A stretch of 64,000 bases of DNA from contig OZ242214.1 in NCBI GenBank assembly GCA_965206595.1, positions 2,304,001-2,368,000 on the forward strand, in the 5' to 3' direction. Origin of the DNA: Candidatus Latescibacterota bacterium. GTDB lineage: Bacteria > Latescibacterota > UBA2968 > UBA8231. The notes under the pieces are model-generated. The model was given only the letters and a program-made list of their open reading frames with translations, searched no databases and was not told the DNA's origin. Shown piece by piece: positions 46,344 through 56,707 of this stretch. A program made the translations under genes and the position numbers. How positions within the stretch are numbered: the first letter of the stretch is position 1; each line of letters opens with the position of its first letter.

Positions 46344-46680
46344 GATAGGTTCGGTGGTCTTTTTCTGTGGTATAGGCCAAGTCGAACGAACTGAGCTTGG
46401 GCCATCTGGACTATCTCCTTTTGTTTCTTATCCTGAATCCGTGAACGCTTCTATAGGAAATGTTATTGTGGCATGGATTAGTTATCCTAATTGCACACCT
46501 TTGCATTCGCAAGCATTTTGGGTACTCTGGCCAAATTTCCACTATAAAGATAACCGGATTATGCTTTTTAGAACGCTGAATGAGCGGTCGTCCAGGATGG
46601 CGGGAAACCGCAGGTCCTGCCGGAAGTTCTCGAAGAATAGCCCCTCACGGAGGCCGCAGGCGGATTCTCGTGAACAGAAC

Positions 46681-48477
46681 CTACCAGCCGAAAGCGTAGC
46701 CGATGCTCCCCTTCGCCGAAGCGGCCCCTGAAATCACCCCGGATTTCCCGTCGCGGCGGATCGCCAGCACCTTGCCGTTCGACCAGCCGGGACGCGGCGA
46801 CACGCGGTGCCCGCGCCGCTCCAGCTCTTCCAGCACCGCGGCCGGAATCCTCTCCTCCGCGGCCACTTCTCCGGGAAACGCGGCGCGCGGGTAGAAGGAG
46901 GAGGGGAAGTGCAGGGAGTGCACGCTCGGGGCGTCGAGGGCCTCCTGCAGGTTCATCCCGAAGTCGACGTGGTTGAGGAAGAACTGCAGGGTCCACTGGT
47001 CCTGCGAGTCGCCGCCCGGGGTCCCGAAGACCATCAGGGGGTCGCCGTCCCGCATCACCAGGGTCGGGGTCAGGGTCGCCCGCGGCCGTTTGTGAGGCGC
47101 CAAAGCGTTGGGTCGCTCCGGATTGAGGTAGAACATCTGGCCGCGGGTGCCCAGCGGAAATCCCAGCCCCTCGATCACCGGCGAGGTCCCCAGCCAGCCG
47201 CCGCTCGGGGTCGCCGCCACCATGTTCCCCTCGGCGTCGACGGCGTCGAGGTGGGTGGTGTCCCCGAGGTGGGCGTGGCCCAGCCCGAGGTCCTTGACCT
47301 CGCGCGCCGCCACCTCGAGGGCGCGGCGGTTGTCCTCGGCCACGTCGCCAAGGGCGTATTCCGGAACCCCGCCGCCCGCCGCTCCCGGCCGCATCTCCAG
47401 GGACGCGGTTTCCCCGATCAGCTCCCGGCGTTGCACCGCGTACTCCTTCGACAGCAGGGTGTCGAACGGCACCTCGTCGTGCAGCGGGTCCCCGTACCAG
47501 GCCTCGCGGTCGGCGAAGGCAAGCTTCGAGCACTCTATCACCAGGTGCAGGTAGTCGGCGGAGTTGTGCTCCATCCCGGCCAGGTCGAACCCCTCGAGCA
47601 GGGTGAGCTGCTGCAGGAAGACCGGCCCCTGGGTCCAGGAGGAGCACTTGTGGACGTCGAGGCCGCGGTAGTCGACGCCGACCGGCTCGTCCAGCCGCGG
47701 CTCCCAGGCGGCCATGTCGTCGAGGGTCAGGAGGCCGGCGTGCTCGCTGCCGCTGGCGTCGGCTATCGGGTTCTCGATGAAGGAGACGATGGTCTCGGCG
47801 ATCTCGCCGCGGTAGAACAGGTCGGCCGTGGCCTCGATGCCTGCCACCCGGCCCTTCGCGCTCCCCTCCCGGTCGGCGCGGCTCATCTTCTTGAGGACCT
47901 CGGCCCAGTCCGGATTCCGCAGCAGCTCACCGGCTGCCGGCGGCGACCCTCCGGGCAGGTACACGCGGCCCGTGGTCGGGTACTGGTCGCGGTACTTGGC
48001 GGCGTTGTTGCGCAGCGACGCGGCCAGGTCCGGGTACACGGGGAAGCCGTTCTCCGCCAGGTCGATGGCCGGCTCGAGGATCTGCGCGAACCCGAGCCTG
48101 CCGAAGCGGGCAACGGCGAGCGCCCAGGAGCCGACCACCGCGGGCACGCAGGCCGGCAGGTACCCGTCCCCGGGCACCAGGTCGATGCCCTGCTCCCGGC
48201 ACCAGTCGATGGTGAACGCCTGCGGCGACCAGCCCATGCCGCTGAGCTCGAACACCCGCTTCTCCTCCGCCGAGTAGATCAGCGTCGGCACCTCGCCCCC
48301 GATGCCGTTGCTCTGCGGCTCCAGCAGGTTGAGGCAGAAGCACATCGCCGCGGCCGCGTCGATGGCGTTGCCCCCCTGCTCCATGATGCGGAAACCCGCT
48401 GCCGTGGCCAGGTAGTGACCGGAGGTGACCACACCCCTCTTCCCCATCACTACCGGACGTGTGGTGAAAGCTGCCAT
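46681..48477 (-). CDS. ggt: Gamma-glutamyltransferase family protein
   Basis: GGNAIDAA, KLAFADR, DTTH cleavage site, TPGGDSQDQ. Confidence 0.92.
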   Translation of the reverse strand: MAAFTTRPVVMGKRGVVTSGHYLATAAGFRIMEQGGNAIDAAAAMCFCLNLLEPQSNGIGGEVPTLIYSAEEKRVFELSGMGWSPQAFTIDWCREQGIDLVPGDGYLPACVPAVVGSWALAVARFGRLGFAQILEPAIDLAENGFPVYPDLAASLRNNAAKYRDQYPTTGRVYLPGGSPPAAGELLRNPDWAEVLKKMSRADREGSAKGRVAGIEATADLFYRGEIAETIVSFIENPIADASGSEHAGLLTLDDMAAWEPRLDEPVGVDYRGLDVHKCSSWTQGPVFLQQLTLLEGFDLAGMEHNSADYLHLVIECSKLAFADREAWYGDPLHDEVPFDTLLSKEYAVQRRELIGETASLEMRPGAAGGGVPEYALGDVAEDNRRALEVAAREVKDLGLGHAHLGDTTHLDAVDAEGNMVAATPSGGWLGTSPVIEGLGFPLGTRGQMFYLNPERPNALAPHKRPRATLTPTLVMRDGDPLMVFGTPGGDSQDQWTLQFFLNHVDFGMNLQEALDAPSVHSLHFPSSFYPRAAFPGEVAAEERIPAAVLEELERRGHRVSPRPGWSNGKVLAIRRDGKSGVISGAASAKGSIGYAFGW

Positions 48478-48759
48478 TTGCGTCTCCTGTGTTCTTTTTT
48501 CGTTCGATTGACCGGTTGATTACAGCGCTCCGACTCCGTCGCTACCGCGCAACCGGGTGTACTGCGTTTTCCGGGCAAGTCCCGGCGTGCGGTGCCAGGC
48601 AAGTCAGCCGGATGATCTCCGTTTGACCGCATCAGCCGTCAGGTGCGGCGGCGTTGGGGGCGAAGTTGGAGCGGTGCCTCCCGGGCTCCGACCCATTTCC
48701 AGTGAACCTCTCCCTGCGAGACTACCATTCCTCTTCTTGCGCCATATCCCGAAAGTGGA

Positions 48760-49761
48760 TCAGGGCCCCCGGCGAAAGGCGGTGTCATCGGGCGTCTCCT
48801 CCTCCCGGGCATGCAGTCCATCGAAGGCTCCCAGGACCCCGCGGCCGTTGCGCACCGTGTTGGTTGCCAGCTCGACGGCCGCGACGACCGCATCGACGAG
48901 GCTCTCGCCGCGGCTCAGTCCGTGAACAAGGCGGCCGTTCAGGGTGTCCCCCGCCCCGACCGAGTTCGTCCCGTAAACCGGAACTGCCGGCACCGTTCCG
49001 GATTCACCGGCGCGGCTGGCGAACAAGGCCCCGCGGCTTCCCCTCTTGACGACCACCCACTGCGGCCCGGTCTCCAGGGCCGCGTCGGCCAGCTCTTCCG
49101 GGGTATCCGCCGGAAGCCAGTGGCTCAGCTCCTCTTCGGTGGCGACGAGGCCGTCGATCAGCGCCCACAGGCCAATCATCTGCTCCGGAGACACCCTCCC
49201 CGCGAACCAGGGACTCGGATCGAACACTACCCTGCCACCGCGCCCCCTCGCGCCTGAGAACAGCTCCTGCAGGCTGTCGACGTCCCCACCCTCGACGCCG
49301 CCGTACCCCGACGCCAGCAGCCAGTCCGGCGCTTCGCCGCCGGAACGCAGCCACTCGACCTTCTCCCCCGGGTAATAGGCGGAGCGCCTGCGGCCCGCGG
49401 CGTCGAGCTGCACGACGTGGACCGCAGGCGCCTCCGGGGGCGGGTCCGCGGTAACGAGGCTGACGCCCGCTCCGCTGAGCCAGGACGCGGCCAGGGATCC
49501 GGGCCCGTCGCCGCCGATGTTGCTGTTGAGGCTGACGCTGTTTCCGAGGCGCCCGAGCACCCAGGCCGGCGCCGCGCCGCAGCCGCCGAGGGTGATCTCG
49601 ATGGGATCGTCGAGCAGCAGGGTGTTCGCGCCCCAAGTGTCGGCCGCTTCCGCGGGCAGCCCCGCCGGGGAGCGGACCAGCACGTCGAGGGCGCTGTTGC
49701 CGGCGACGTGAACCCGGGCCCGCAACCGCTCCTCCTGCCCGGGTAACCGCTGCTCAGCCAC
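48760..49761 (-). CDS. PfkB-family carbohydrate kinase
   Basis: VVFDPS, VVKRGSRGA, SVGAGD. Confidence 0.85.
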   Translation of the reverse strand: MAEQRLPGQEERLRARVHVAGNSALDVLVRSPAGLPAEAADTWGANTLLLDDPIEITLGGCGAAPAWVLGRLGNSVSLNSNIGGDGPGSLAASWLSGAGVSLVTADPPPEAPAVHVVQLDAAGRRRSAYYPGEKVEWLRSGGEAPDWLLASGYGGVEGGDVDSLQELFSGARGRGGRVVFDPSPWFAGRVSPEQMIGLWALIDGLVATEEELSHWLPADTPEELADAALETGPQWVVVKRGSRGALFASRAGESGTVPAVPVYGTNSVGAGDTLNGRLVHGLSRGESLVDAVVAAVELATNTVRNGRGVLGAFDGLHAREEETPDDTAFRRGP

Positions 49762-50281
49762 CGCCCTCCGCCCGCCGGGCAGCGGGAAATTCCAGCTGCC
49801 CCTGCAAGAGGGACTCCGCCGCTGAATCGCTGGCGGTCACCCGGTCCCCGACGCGAATCAGCCCTCCCTTGACCACCGGGCCGAAGACGCCGCCCCGCAT
49901 GCGGACCGAGAGCATCTTCCGCAGTCCGGCGCGGGCTTCGTTCATGCGGTCGCACGGAGTGGTCTCCCCACGGATCAGCAGCTCCGCCTCGCCGACGCGC
50001 AGGCGCCGTCCAATGGTGCCGGCGAGGTCCCCGCCGATCAGCAGGTTGGCGCGCCGCGTCTCCGCAGGCAGCTCTCCGGCGAACGGGGCCGTCGCCTCCT
50101 GCCAGGACTGCTGCGACAGCATCGTTACCGCCCGGTGGGGGTTGCGGGGATGGTCGCCTGCCAGCCCCCGGCCGACCACGGCCTCGACTTCGGACAGGGC
50201 GGTGGCCGGCGCCCGCTGTTCCGGAAAGACGAAGATCGCCAGCACTTCCCCTACCAGCCCTTCGGGATGCCCATCCGCCAT
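49754..50281 (-). CDS. MOSC domain protein
   Basis: GLAGD, RRANL, PCDRM, RGGV....GGLIRVGD. Confidence 0.85.
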   Translation of the reverse strand: MADGHPEGLVGEVLAIFVFPEQRAPATALSEVEAVVGRGLAGDHPRNPHRAVTMLSQQSWQEATAPFAGELPAETRRANLLIGGDLAGTIGRRLRVGEAELLIRGETTPCDRMNEARAGLRKMLSVRMRGGVFGPVVKGGLIRVGDRVTASDSAAESLLQGQLEFPAARRAEGGG

Positions 50282-50291
50282 CGAGGCACTC

Positions 50292-51929
50292 CTATTTCTC
50301 CGGGCAGTCCAGCTCGCGGCTCAGGAGGCGGGCGTTGATACTGTAGTCGACGGGGATTTCGACGACGTGGACGCCGGGGTGGTAGAGACCGTGGCGCAGC
50401 ACCGGCTCCAGGTCCTGCGTCTTCTTAATGCGGTGCCCGTGCGCCCCGTAGCTCTCCGCATAGCGGACGAAATCCGGGTTTCCGTAGTCGAGCCCGAAAT
50501 CCGGCAGCCCCATGTCCTGCTGCTTCCACTTGATCATGCCGTAGCCGTCGTCCTTGAGGACGACGACGACGAGGTTCAGGCCGAGGCGGACCGCGGTCTC
50601 CAGCTCCTGGGAGTTCATCATGAAGCCGCCGTCCCCGCAGACCGCCATCACCTTCTCGTCAGGGTTGCAGATCTTGGCCGCCATCGCCGAGGGCAGGCCG
50701 GCCCCCATGGCCGCCAGCGAGTTGTCGAGGAGCACGGTGTTGGGGGCGTGCGCCTGGTAGTTGAGGGCGAACCAGATCTTGTACACGCCGTTGTCGAGGG
50801 CGAGGATACCGGTGTCGGGCATCACCGCGCGCACCGCCGAGACCAGCCGCGGCGGCAGCACCGGGAAGGAATCGTCGTGCTCGCCCTCCCGCAGCCGCAC
50901 CTCGGCGTACTTCCTGACCTTGGCGAAGTAATCGAAATCCCAGGTATCCTGCCGCTGCAGCCGCTGCATGATCTGCCACAGGCTGTTGCCGATGTCGCCG
51001 ATCACCTCGTGGCCGGGGAAATAGACCGGATCGAAGGAGGCGGAGGAAAAGTTGATGTGGATGACCTCGAAGCCTCCGTGCTGCATGAAGAACGGGGGCT
51101 TCTCGACGACGTCGTGGCCGGCGTTGATGATCAGGTCGGCGTGCTCGATGGCGCAGTGCAGGTAGTCGTTGGCCGACAGCGCGGCGTTGCCGAGATAGAG
51201 GGGGTGGCGCTCGTCGACCACCCCCTTTCCCATCTGGGTGCTGAAGAACGGCATGCCGGTCTTGTCGATGAACTGCGACAGCATGCGGGAGGTGCGCTTG
51301 CGGTTGGAGCCGGCGCCGGTGACCAGCAGCGGGCGCTTGGCCGCGGCGATCATCTCGGCCGCCCGGGCGACCGCCTTTTCCTCGGCGATCGGCCGCCGCG
51401 GCCGGTCCTTGGGAAACAGCGGCACGTCGACCTCCTCGGCGGCGATGTCTTCGGGCAGCTCGAGATGAACGGCGCCGGGGCGTTCTTCCTCGGCGACCCG
51501 GAAGGCCTTGCGCACCGTGGAGGGTATCAGGGCGCCGCTGACGATCTGCCGGGTGAACTTGGTCAGGGGCCGCATCATCTCGACGACGTCGACGATCTGG
51601 AACTGGCCCTGCTTGCTCGACTTTATCGGCTTCTGGCCGGTGATCATCATCATCGGCATCGCCCCGAGCTGGGCGTAGGCCGCGGCGGTGACGAAGTTGG
51701 TCGCCCCCGGCCCCAGGGTCGACAGGCAGACCCCGGTCTTGCCGGTCAGCCTGCCGCGGGTCGCCGCCATGAAGCCGGCCCCCTGCTCGTGGCGCGTCAG
51801 GATGAGCCGGATGCTGCTGGATTTCCGCAGGGAATCGAGCAGATCGAGATTCTCCTCCCCCGGGATGCCGAACACGAACTGGACGCCCTCGGCCTCGAGG
51901 GCCTTTACGAACAGGTCGGAAGCTTTCAT
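50292..51929 (-). CDS. Acetolactate synthase-like ThDP-dependent enzyme
   Basis: FGIPGEENL, RHEQGA, GPGATN, GDGGFMMN. Confidence 0.92.
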   Translation of the reverse strand: MKASDLFVKALEAEGVQFVFGIPGEENLDLLDSLRKSSSIRLILTRHEQGAGFMAATRGRLTGKTGVCLSTLGPGATNFVTAAAYAQLGAMPMMMITGQKPIKSSKQGQFQIVDVVEMMRPLTKFTRQIVSGALIPSTVRKAFRVAEEERPGAVHLELPEDIAAEEVDVPLFPKDRPRRPIAEEKAVARAAEMIAAAKRPLLVTGAGSNRKRTSRMLSQFIDKTGMPFFSTQMGKGVVDERHPLYLGNAALSANDYLHCAIEHADLIINAGHDVVEKPPFFMQHGGFEVIHINFSSASFDPVYFPGHEVIGDIGNSLWQIMQRLQRQDTWDFDYFAKVRKYAEVRLREGEHDDSFPVLPPRLVSAVRAVMPDTGILALDNGVYKIWFALNYQAHAPNTVLLDNSLAAMGAGLPSAMAAKICNPDEKVMAVCGDGGFMMNSQELETAVRLGLNLVVVVLKDDGYGMIKWKQQDMGLPDFGLDYGNPDFVRYAESYGAHGHRIKKTQDLEPVLRHGLYHPGVHVVEIPVDYSINARLLSRELDCPEK

Positions 51930-51947
51930 CGCTGTTTTCCTTCTCCT

Positions 51948-53003
51948 TCAGGTGCGGCGCTCGATCTCGACTCCGAGCCTTTCCGCGCAGGCGGCGATCT
52001 GCCGCCAGGTCTCCTCATCCACCGCGATCTCCTCGCCGCGGCGGGCGTTCTGCCGGCGCTCGACCTCCCCCGGGATCAGCACCTCCTCGAAGCCGGCCAT
52101 CGGCGGCGTCGATTTCAGGTAGCGGACGAAATCGTCGACTTCGGCGGCGAAGTCCCCGAAAGGGAGGAACTGGCGCACGTCCAAGGCCAGCAGGAAGCAG
52201 CCGTTGCCGAGGCGCGCCCGCGCATGCCCGGTGGTTCCGGCACCGCTGAGGGCCCCTCCGAGCAGGTCGACGATCACCCCGAGCCCGTACCCCTTGTGGC
52301 CCGCGGCCCCCCCGAAGGGAAGGATGGTTCCGCGCGGCTCGGAGTAGAGGTCCGCCGGGTCGTTGGTCGGCTTTCCGTTGCCGTCGAGCATCCACCCGTC
52401 GGGTACCGGCTCGCCTGCGTTGAGCTTGACCCTGACCTTGCCCTCGGCGACCGCGCTGGTGGTCATGTCGAGCACGATCGGGGCCTGTGGATCACCGGTG
52501 GGGATCCCGACCGCCAGCGGATTGGTCGCCAGGCGGCCCTCGGCGCCCCCCCACGGGGCGATGATGGCTCCCCGGCCATGGGCGTTTGCCACAAGCAGCC
52601 CGATCTGCTGCTGCCGCGCCATCTCCTCGACATAGGCCCCGAGGCGGCCGATGTGGTAGCTGCGGCGGACGGTCACCGCGGCCAGCCCGTACTGGCGCGC
52701 TTTCGCCACCGCCAGCTCGACGGCGCGGCCGGCGACTACCTGGCCGAACCCCCAGTTGCCGTCGAGGGTTGCCGAGGCCGGGGTTTCCTCCAGGATCTCG
52801 ACATCCGCCCCGGGCACCACCTCCCCGTCCTCGATTGCTTTCAGGTACTGCGGCACCCGGATGACGCCGTGGGAATCGTGGCCGAGCCGGTTCGCCTCGA
52901 CCAGGCGGCCGGCGACGGCGGCGGCCTCCGGAGCGGGGACCTGCGCGGCGCGGAACAGGCTCCGGCAGATCTCGGTGAGGTGATCCGGGTGAAGGAGCGG
53001 CAT
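51948..53003 (-). CDS. Ldh_2 (malate/L-lactate/sulfolactate dehydrogenase) family oxidoreductase
   Basis: GHDSHG, DGNWGFG, HIGRLG, TNP, GHKGYGL, IPGE. Confidence 0.9.
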   Translation of the reverse strand: MPLLHPDHLTEICRSLFRAAQVPAPEAAAVAGRLVEANRLGHDSHGVIRVPQYLKAIEDGEVVPGADVEILEETPASATLDGNWGFGQVVAGRAVELAVAKARQYGLAAVTVRRSYHIGRLGAYVEEMARQQQIGLLVANAHGRGAIIAPWGGAEGRLATNPLAVGIPTGDPQAPIVLDMTTSAVAEGKVRVKLNAGEPVPDGWMLDGNGKPTNDPADLYSEPRGTILPFGGAAGHKGYGLGVIVDLLGGALSGAGTTGHARARLGNGCFLLALDVRQFLPFGDFAAEVDDFVRYLKSTPPMAGFEEVLIPGEVERRQNARRGEEIAVDEETWRQIAACAERLGVEIERRT

Positions 53004-53308
53004 TGGGCAGGTCGGTCGTGGGCAGACTCGGTCCCCCGGGGATTCCGAGGGGATGTAACTGTCTGTAAAAATATTACTTAAGGAAGGTGAAACAGGGGGG
53101 CTTCCGGGTCAACATCGGCGACGCGACGAACCCGGGGGCGGGACTGGCCGGCCCTGGTTGCTGGCCGCAGATCGGGGGGCCCTCGGGTCAACCTCGGCAA
53201 CGTGGTGGATCTGGGGGGCGGACCCGCCGGCCGTGGCTGGGCCTGAGATCCGGGCGGAAGCGCAGTCCGCGACAGCCCCGGGCGTCGGTCCTGCCCCGGG
53301 ATCCGGTT

Positions 53309-54877
53309 CTACCAGATGAACAGCGTCTTGAGAAACCGGTCCGCCTGCCGCTCGTCGAGGCGGGCCTTTTTTCGCGCCTTCTTCACCAGGTCCTTGGTGG
53401 TGCTGATCTTCTCTTCGCGATACAGCTCGCGTCCCTCCGCGAGGATCTCCCCGAGCAGGCGCGCCGCAGCGGCCGGCTCGATCCCGGAAGCGGCCGCGGC
53501 GGCGTCCACCGCCGGGCGCAGCCGGCCGTCCGGCTTCTCGATCTCCTGCTGCGCCCGCGCCGTCAGCTGTCGCAGGAACCTCCTCACCTTGGCACGCTCG
53601 GTGCCGATGGTCCGCGCCGGATCGATGACGAACATGTCGATGCGGCCGGCGATGTCATGCTGAACCAGCCTCGACAGGGCGCGCAGTATCTGGGTGACCA
53701 CGGTGTCGGCGTCCGCGGCCGACATCCCTTCGGCGCGCTCGACCTCCCCTACCCACGGGGGAATCTCGGTCCCGGGAGGACGCGCCAGGATGTCGCGGTT
53801 TCTCGTCCCGAGGCGGCGCAGCGACTCCACTGTTACCGGGGGACCCGATGGCTGCGCTCCCGCCTCCGAAGGTTCCTCCCCGTCCTGCATGGCTGCCGCC
53901 CCGGCAGCCTTCCGCAGCCGGGCGCGCGTCGCCTTTGCCTTGGCTTCGGCCTCCCGGGCGGTTTCGGCGGCTGCTTCAGCTGCCGCGGCCACGCTGTCCC
54001 GGCGCGCTTGCAGGCGGGCGATGCCGTTGCCGACCCGGGCAGACACCAGGTCGGATGCCGGCTCGGCCACCGGGCGTTCCAGCGGGGACTCCGGCTCCTT
54101 CGGCGGAGGCGGGGGAGGTTCCAGGCCGGGTGGCTCGCCGTTCAGGACAATCTGGTGGCGCCACCAGATCCACTTCGAGGCCCCCTTGCCGGAGGCGTCG
54201 ACGGCGATCTTCGCGTGCAGGGATTTCCCCGGACGGTCGCTGTCGGTCACCAGGAACATGGCGTCCAGCACCATCTCCGGGAACGGGTGGAGGTCCAGCC
54301 AGGACCACGGAAGCGCCAGCTCGTAGGTGTAGAGGCCAGGCCTGGCCTGGGAAGCGGCCTTTACCGGGATCCCGGCTGCAGGCTCGGTCCGCTGCCTTCC
54401 CCCCCAGGCGAAGGCTTCGCCGTCCCCCGGCAGGGGCGAAACCCAGATGTTCATCCCGGTGTCCTCTCCGGGGCCGCGCACGAAGACCTTGAGGTGATCG
54501 TAGTAGAACATGGCGTTCTTCTCCCTGCCGCCCGCGCGCACCTTGCGCATTTCGGGGGGAACGCGGGCAGCGTCGAGGGAATCGTCGGTGACGGCGACGG
54601 CGACGTAGAGGTTGGCGGCGTCCCAGCTGGTGCAGACGTCTGCCTCCTGCTCCGGCCAGCCGGTGAATACCCCGCGTTGACCGACGCGCTCCCCTGCAGG
54701 ATCCAGCGCGATGCAGTCGGTCGGGCCCCATTCGTTGAGATCGCCGTCGACGGCGATGCTCCAGTCGACGGTGGCGACGACCCGTGCCGCGTCCTTGTCA
54801 GCGGCGAGGGCCGGTTCCTCGGCGCCCCGGACCAGCGCCGGAAGGAGGAAGAGAAAGAGCGGGAGGGCCCCGCGCAC
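53309..54877 (-). CDS. Secreted protein with CBM9/DOMON-like domain and helical C-terminus
   Basis: Signal peptide; VDGDLNEW, WDAANLYVAVAVTDD, YTYELALPW; Pro-rich linker. Confidence 0.65.
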   Translation of the reverse strand: MRGALPLFLFLLPALVRGAEEPALAADKDAARVVATVDWSIAVDGDLNEWGPTDCIALDPAGERVGQRGVFTGWPEQEADVCTSWDAANLYVAVAVTDDSLDAARVPPEMRKVRAGGREKNAMFYYDHLKVFVRGPGEDTGMNIWVSPLPGDGEAFAWGGRQRTEPAAGIPVKAASQARPGLYTYELALPWSWLDLHPFPEMVLDAMFLVTDSDRPGKSLHAKIAVDASGKGASKWIWWRHQIVLNGEPPGLEPPPPPPKEPESPLERPVAEPASDLVSARVGNGIARLQARRDSVAAAAEAAAETAREAEAKAKATRARLRKAAGAAAMQDGEEPSEAGAQPSGPPVTVESLRRLGTRNRDILARPPGTEIPPWVGEVERAEGMSAADADTVVTQILRALSRLVQHDIAGRIDMFVIDPARTIGTERAKVRRFLRQLTARAQQEIEKPDGRLRPAVDAAAAASGIEPAAAARLLGEILAEGRELYREEKISTTKDLVKKARKKARLDERQADRFLKTLFIW

Positions 54878-55440
54878 TAGCCGGCGCGGCCTTCCCGCAT
54901 CCGCGACACCGCCCATTCCGCCTCGGCGTCCTCGACGGCGACGGTGTGAACTCCCCTGGCGAACTGCGACTGCAGGTAAGCGTATTGTGTCTGCATCGCC
55001 GCGTCCGGGTACTCCCACCCGTGCAGGAAATGCACCCCCTGGACGCCGGCCTGCAGCAGCTCCTTGGTGCACCCGAAGCAGGGGCGCATCGTCGAGTAGA
55101 TGACCGCCCCTTCCGTGGCGATGCCGAATCTCGCCGCGGCGAGAAGGGCATTCTGCTCGGCGTGGACGCAGATGCACAGGTCGTAGCGGCTGCCCGACTT
55201 GTAGCGCTCGCGGTCGGCGCAGCGCTCGCAGCCCCCGTCGGTGCAGTTGGTCATGCTCGCCGGGGTGCCGTTGTACCCCGTCGAAACGATGCGGTCGTCG
55301 AGCACGAGAATCGCCCCGACGCGGTTGCCGAAGCAGTCGGCTCGGGAGCGCACCGACATGGCGATCCCCATGTAGTACTGGTCCCACGCAGGACGTGAGT
55401 TGGGCTGCATCCACCGGCCTTTCGATGCTGGTTCGTCCAC
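54877..55440 (-). CDS. dCMP deaminase (ComEB-like) family protein
   Basis: WDQYYM, VGA, TGYNG, HAEQNA, PCFGC. Confidence 0.9.
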   Translation of the reverse strand: MDEPASKGRWMQPNSRPAWDQYYMGIAMSVRSRADCFGNRVGAILVLDDRIVSTGYNGTPASMTNCTDGGCERCADRERYKSGSRYDLCICVHAEQNALLAAARFGIATEGAVIYSTMRPCFGCTKELLQAGVQGVHFLHGWEYPDAAMQTQYAYLQSQFARGVHTVAVEDAEAEWAVSRMREGRAG

Positions 55441-55656
55441 CGTACCTTGAGGCCGCCCTGAGCAGCCGATGAAATAGTCACCCGGGCTGCCAGAGGCCGT
55501 TTTGAAGATATGCGGTTGCCGGCGGGCGGCCTACCCGGCTCCCGGCAGGGCGGGGCGCGAGCCCGGAGGATTGAGCCGCGGTTTTTCCTCAGGATGCAGC
55601 GGCGGCCGAATTCACCCGGAATCAAGCGCGCAGGCAACCAGGATTGGAGATCTGAA

Positions 55657-56637
55657 ATGAACCTTCCCCCCACCGACGGGATCACCGTCGATGCGGAGGC
55701 CCTGCAAACGCTGGTCGCCGGCATCTTCGGCGCCGTGCCGGTCCCGGAAGAGCACGCCGAGTTGATCGCACGCCTTCTCGTCGACACCGACCTGCGCGGC
55801 GTGGTCAGCCACGGCGTCCTCCAGGTCGAGCGCTACGCGCGCGGTTTTCAGAAGCGCACCATCAACCCCCTCCCGGAGATCGAGGTGTTGCGCGACGGGC
55901 AGGCCACCGCGGCCCTGTCAGGGGACGGCGGCCTCGGCATCGTCGTCGCCGCCGAGGCGATGGGCATGGCGATCGAAAAGGCCCGCGCCTGCGGAGTCGG
56001 GGTGGTCACCACGACCTGCCACGACCACATAGGCAGCGCCGGCAAATACGTGCGCATGGCCCTGCGCGAGCACCTCGTCGGCATCGCCTTCTCCGGGCGC
56101 AGCTGCGCTCCTTCCTACCCGGCGGAGGCGACTCCGCAGGGGTCGATACAGGGCAGCCCCCCGCTCGCCTTCGGGACGCCTTCCGATGCCGGCCACCCCG
56201 ATTTCCTCCTCGACTTCTCCAGCGGCATCGGCTGGGACGAGGAGGTGTTTGCCAGGTACCCCGAGCTCTACTTCCGCGGCGTCGGGCTGTCCCACGTGGC
56301 CAACATCCTCAGCGGCACCCTCGGGGGCCAGATGCTGCCCCGCTTCGACCGCCGCAATCTCGAGTTCACCGGAGCGAACCAGTCGGGGTTCTTCACCGCC
56401 ATCGACGTGGCCCGCTTCGTCCCGGTGGAGGCGTTCGAGCAGGACGTGGGGCAGTTGATGGGCGCGGTTTCACAGATGACGCCGTTTCCCGGGTACGACC
56501 GCGCCGATCTACCGGGAGGTCCGGAATGGAGGAGGGAACAGGCCTACTCGGTGGAGGGGGTCCCGATCTCCCGGGAAGCCGCGGACTCCCTGGAAACCCT
56601 GGCCGGGGAGTTCGGCCTGGCAGTGCCCTGGAACTAG
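55657..56637 (+). CDS. Ldh_2 family oxidoreductase (divergent paralogue)
   Basis: GGAG RBS; DLRGVVSHG, GDGGLG, HIGSAG, LPG. Confidence 0.85.
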   Translation: MNLPPTDGITVDAEALQTLVAGIFGAVPVPEEHAELIARLLVDTDLRGVVSHGVLQVERYARGFQKRTINPLPEIEVLRDGQATAALSGDGGLGIVVAAEAMGMAIEKARACGVGVVTTTCHDHIGSAGKYVRMALREHLVGIAFSGRSCAPSYPAEATPQGSIQGSPPLAFGTPSDAGHPDFLLDFSSGIGWDEEVFARYPELYFRGVGLSHVANILSGTLGGQMLPRFDRRNLEFTGANQSGFFTAIDVARFVPVEAFEQDVGQLMGAVSQMTPFPGYDRADLPGGPEWRREQAYSVEGVPISREAADSLETLAGEFGLAVPWN

Positions 56638-56707
56638 AGCGGAGGGCGCCCCGGCGCCCTGATCCTGCGATCTGTGGGTAAGGACACCAGCGCGAAGGAG
56701 GAAACCT

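Larger units (their letters stand above)
45499..46352 (+). mobile_element. IS5-family insertion sequence (854 bp)
   Basis: Perfect 16-bp inverted repeats GAACCTATCTCAAAAT at 45499-45514 and 46337-46352. Confidence 0.9.

Noticed and set aside
49869-53081. 1070-aa + strand ORF and other long antisense ORFs (e.g. 27778-30138, 46807-48519, 53087-54880)
   Set aside because: They lie opposite well-supported genes; stop-free shadow frames are expected at this GC content and show no motifs
54877-55440. Antiphage dCTP deaminase (AvcD/Dcd-like)
   Set aside because: Single short deaminase domain with no P-loop kinase domain, host-like GC and non-defence context; ordinary dCMP deaminase is more likely
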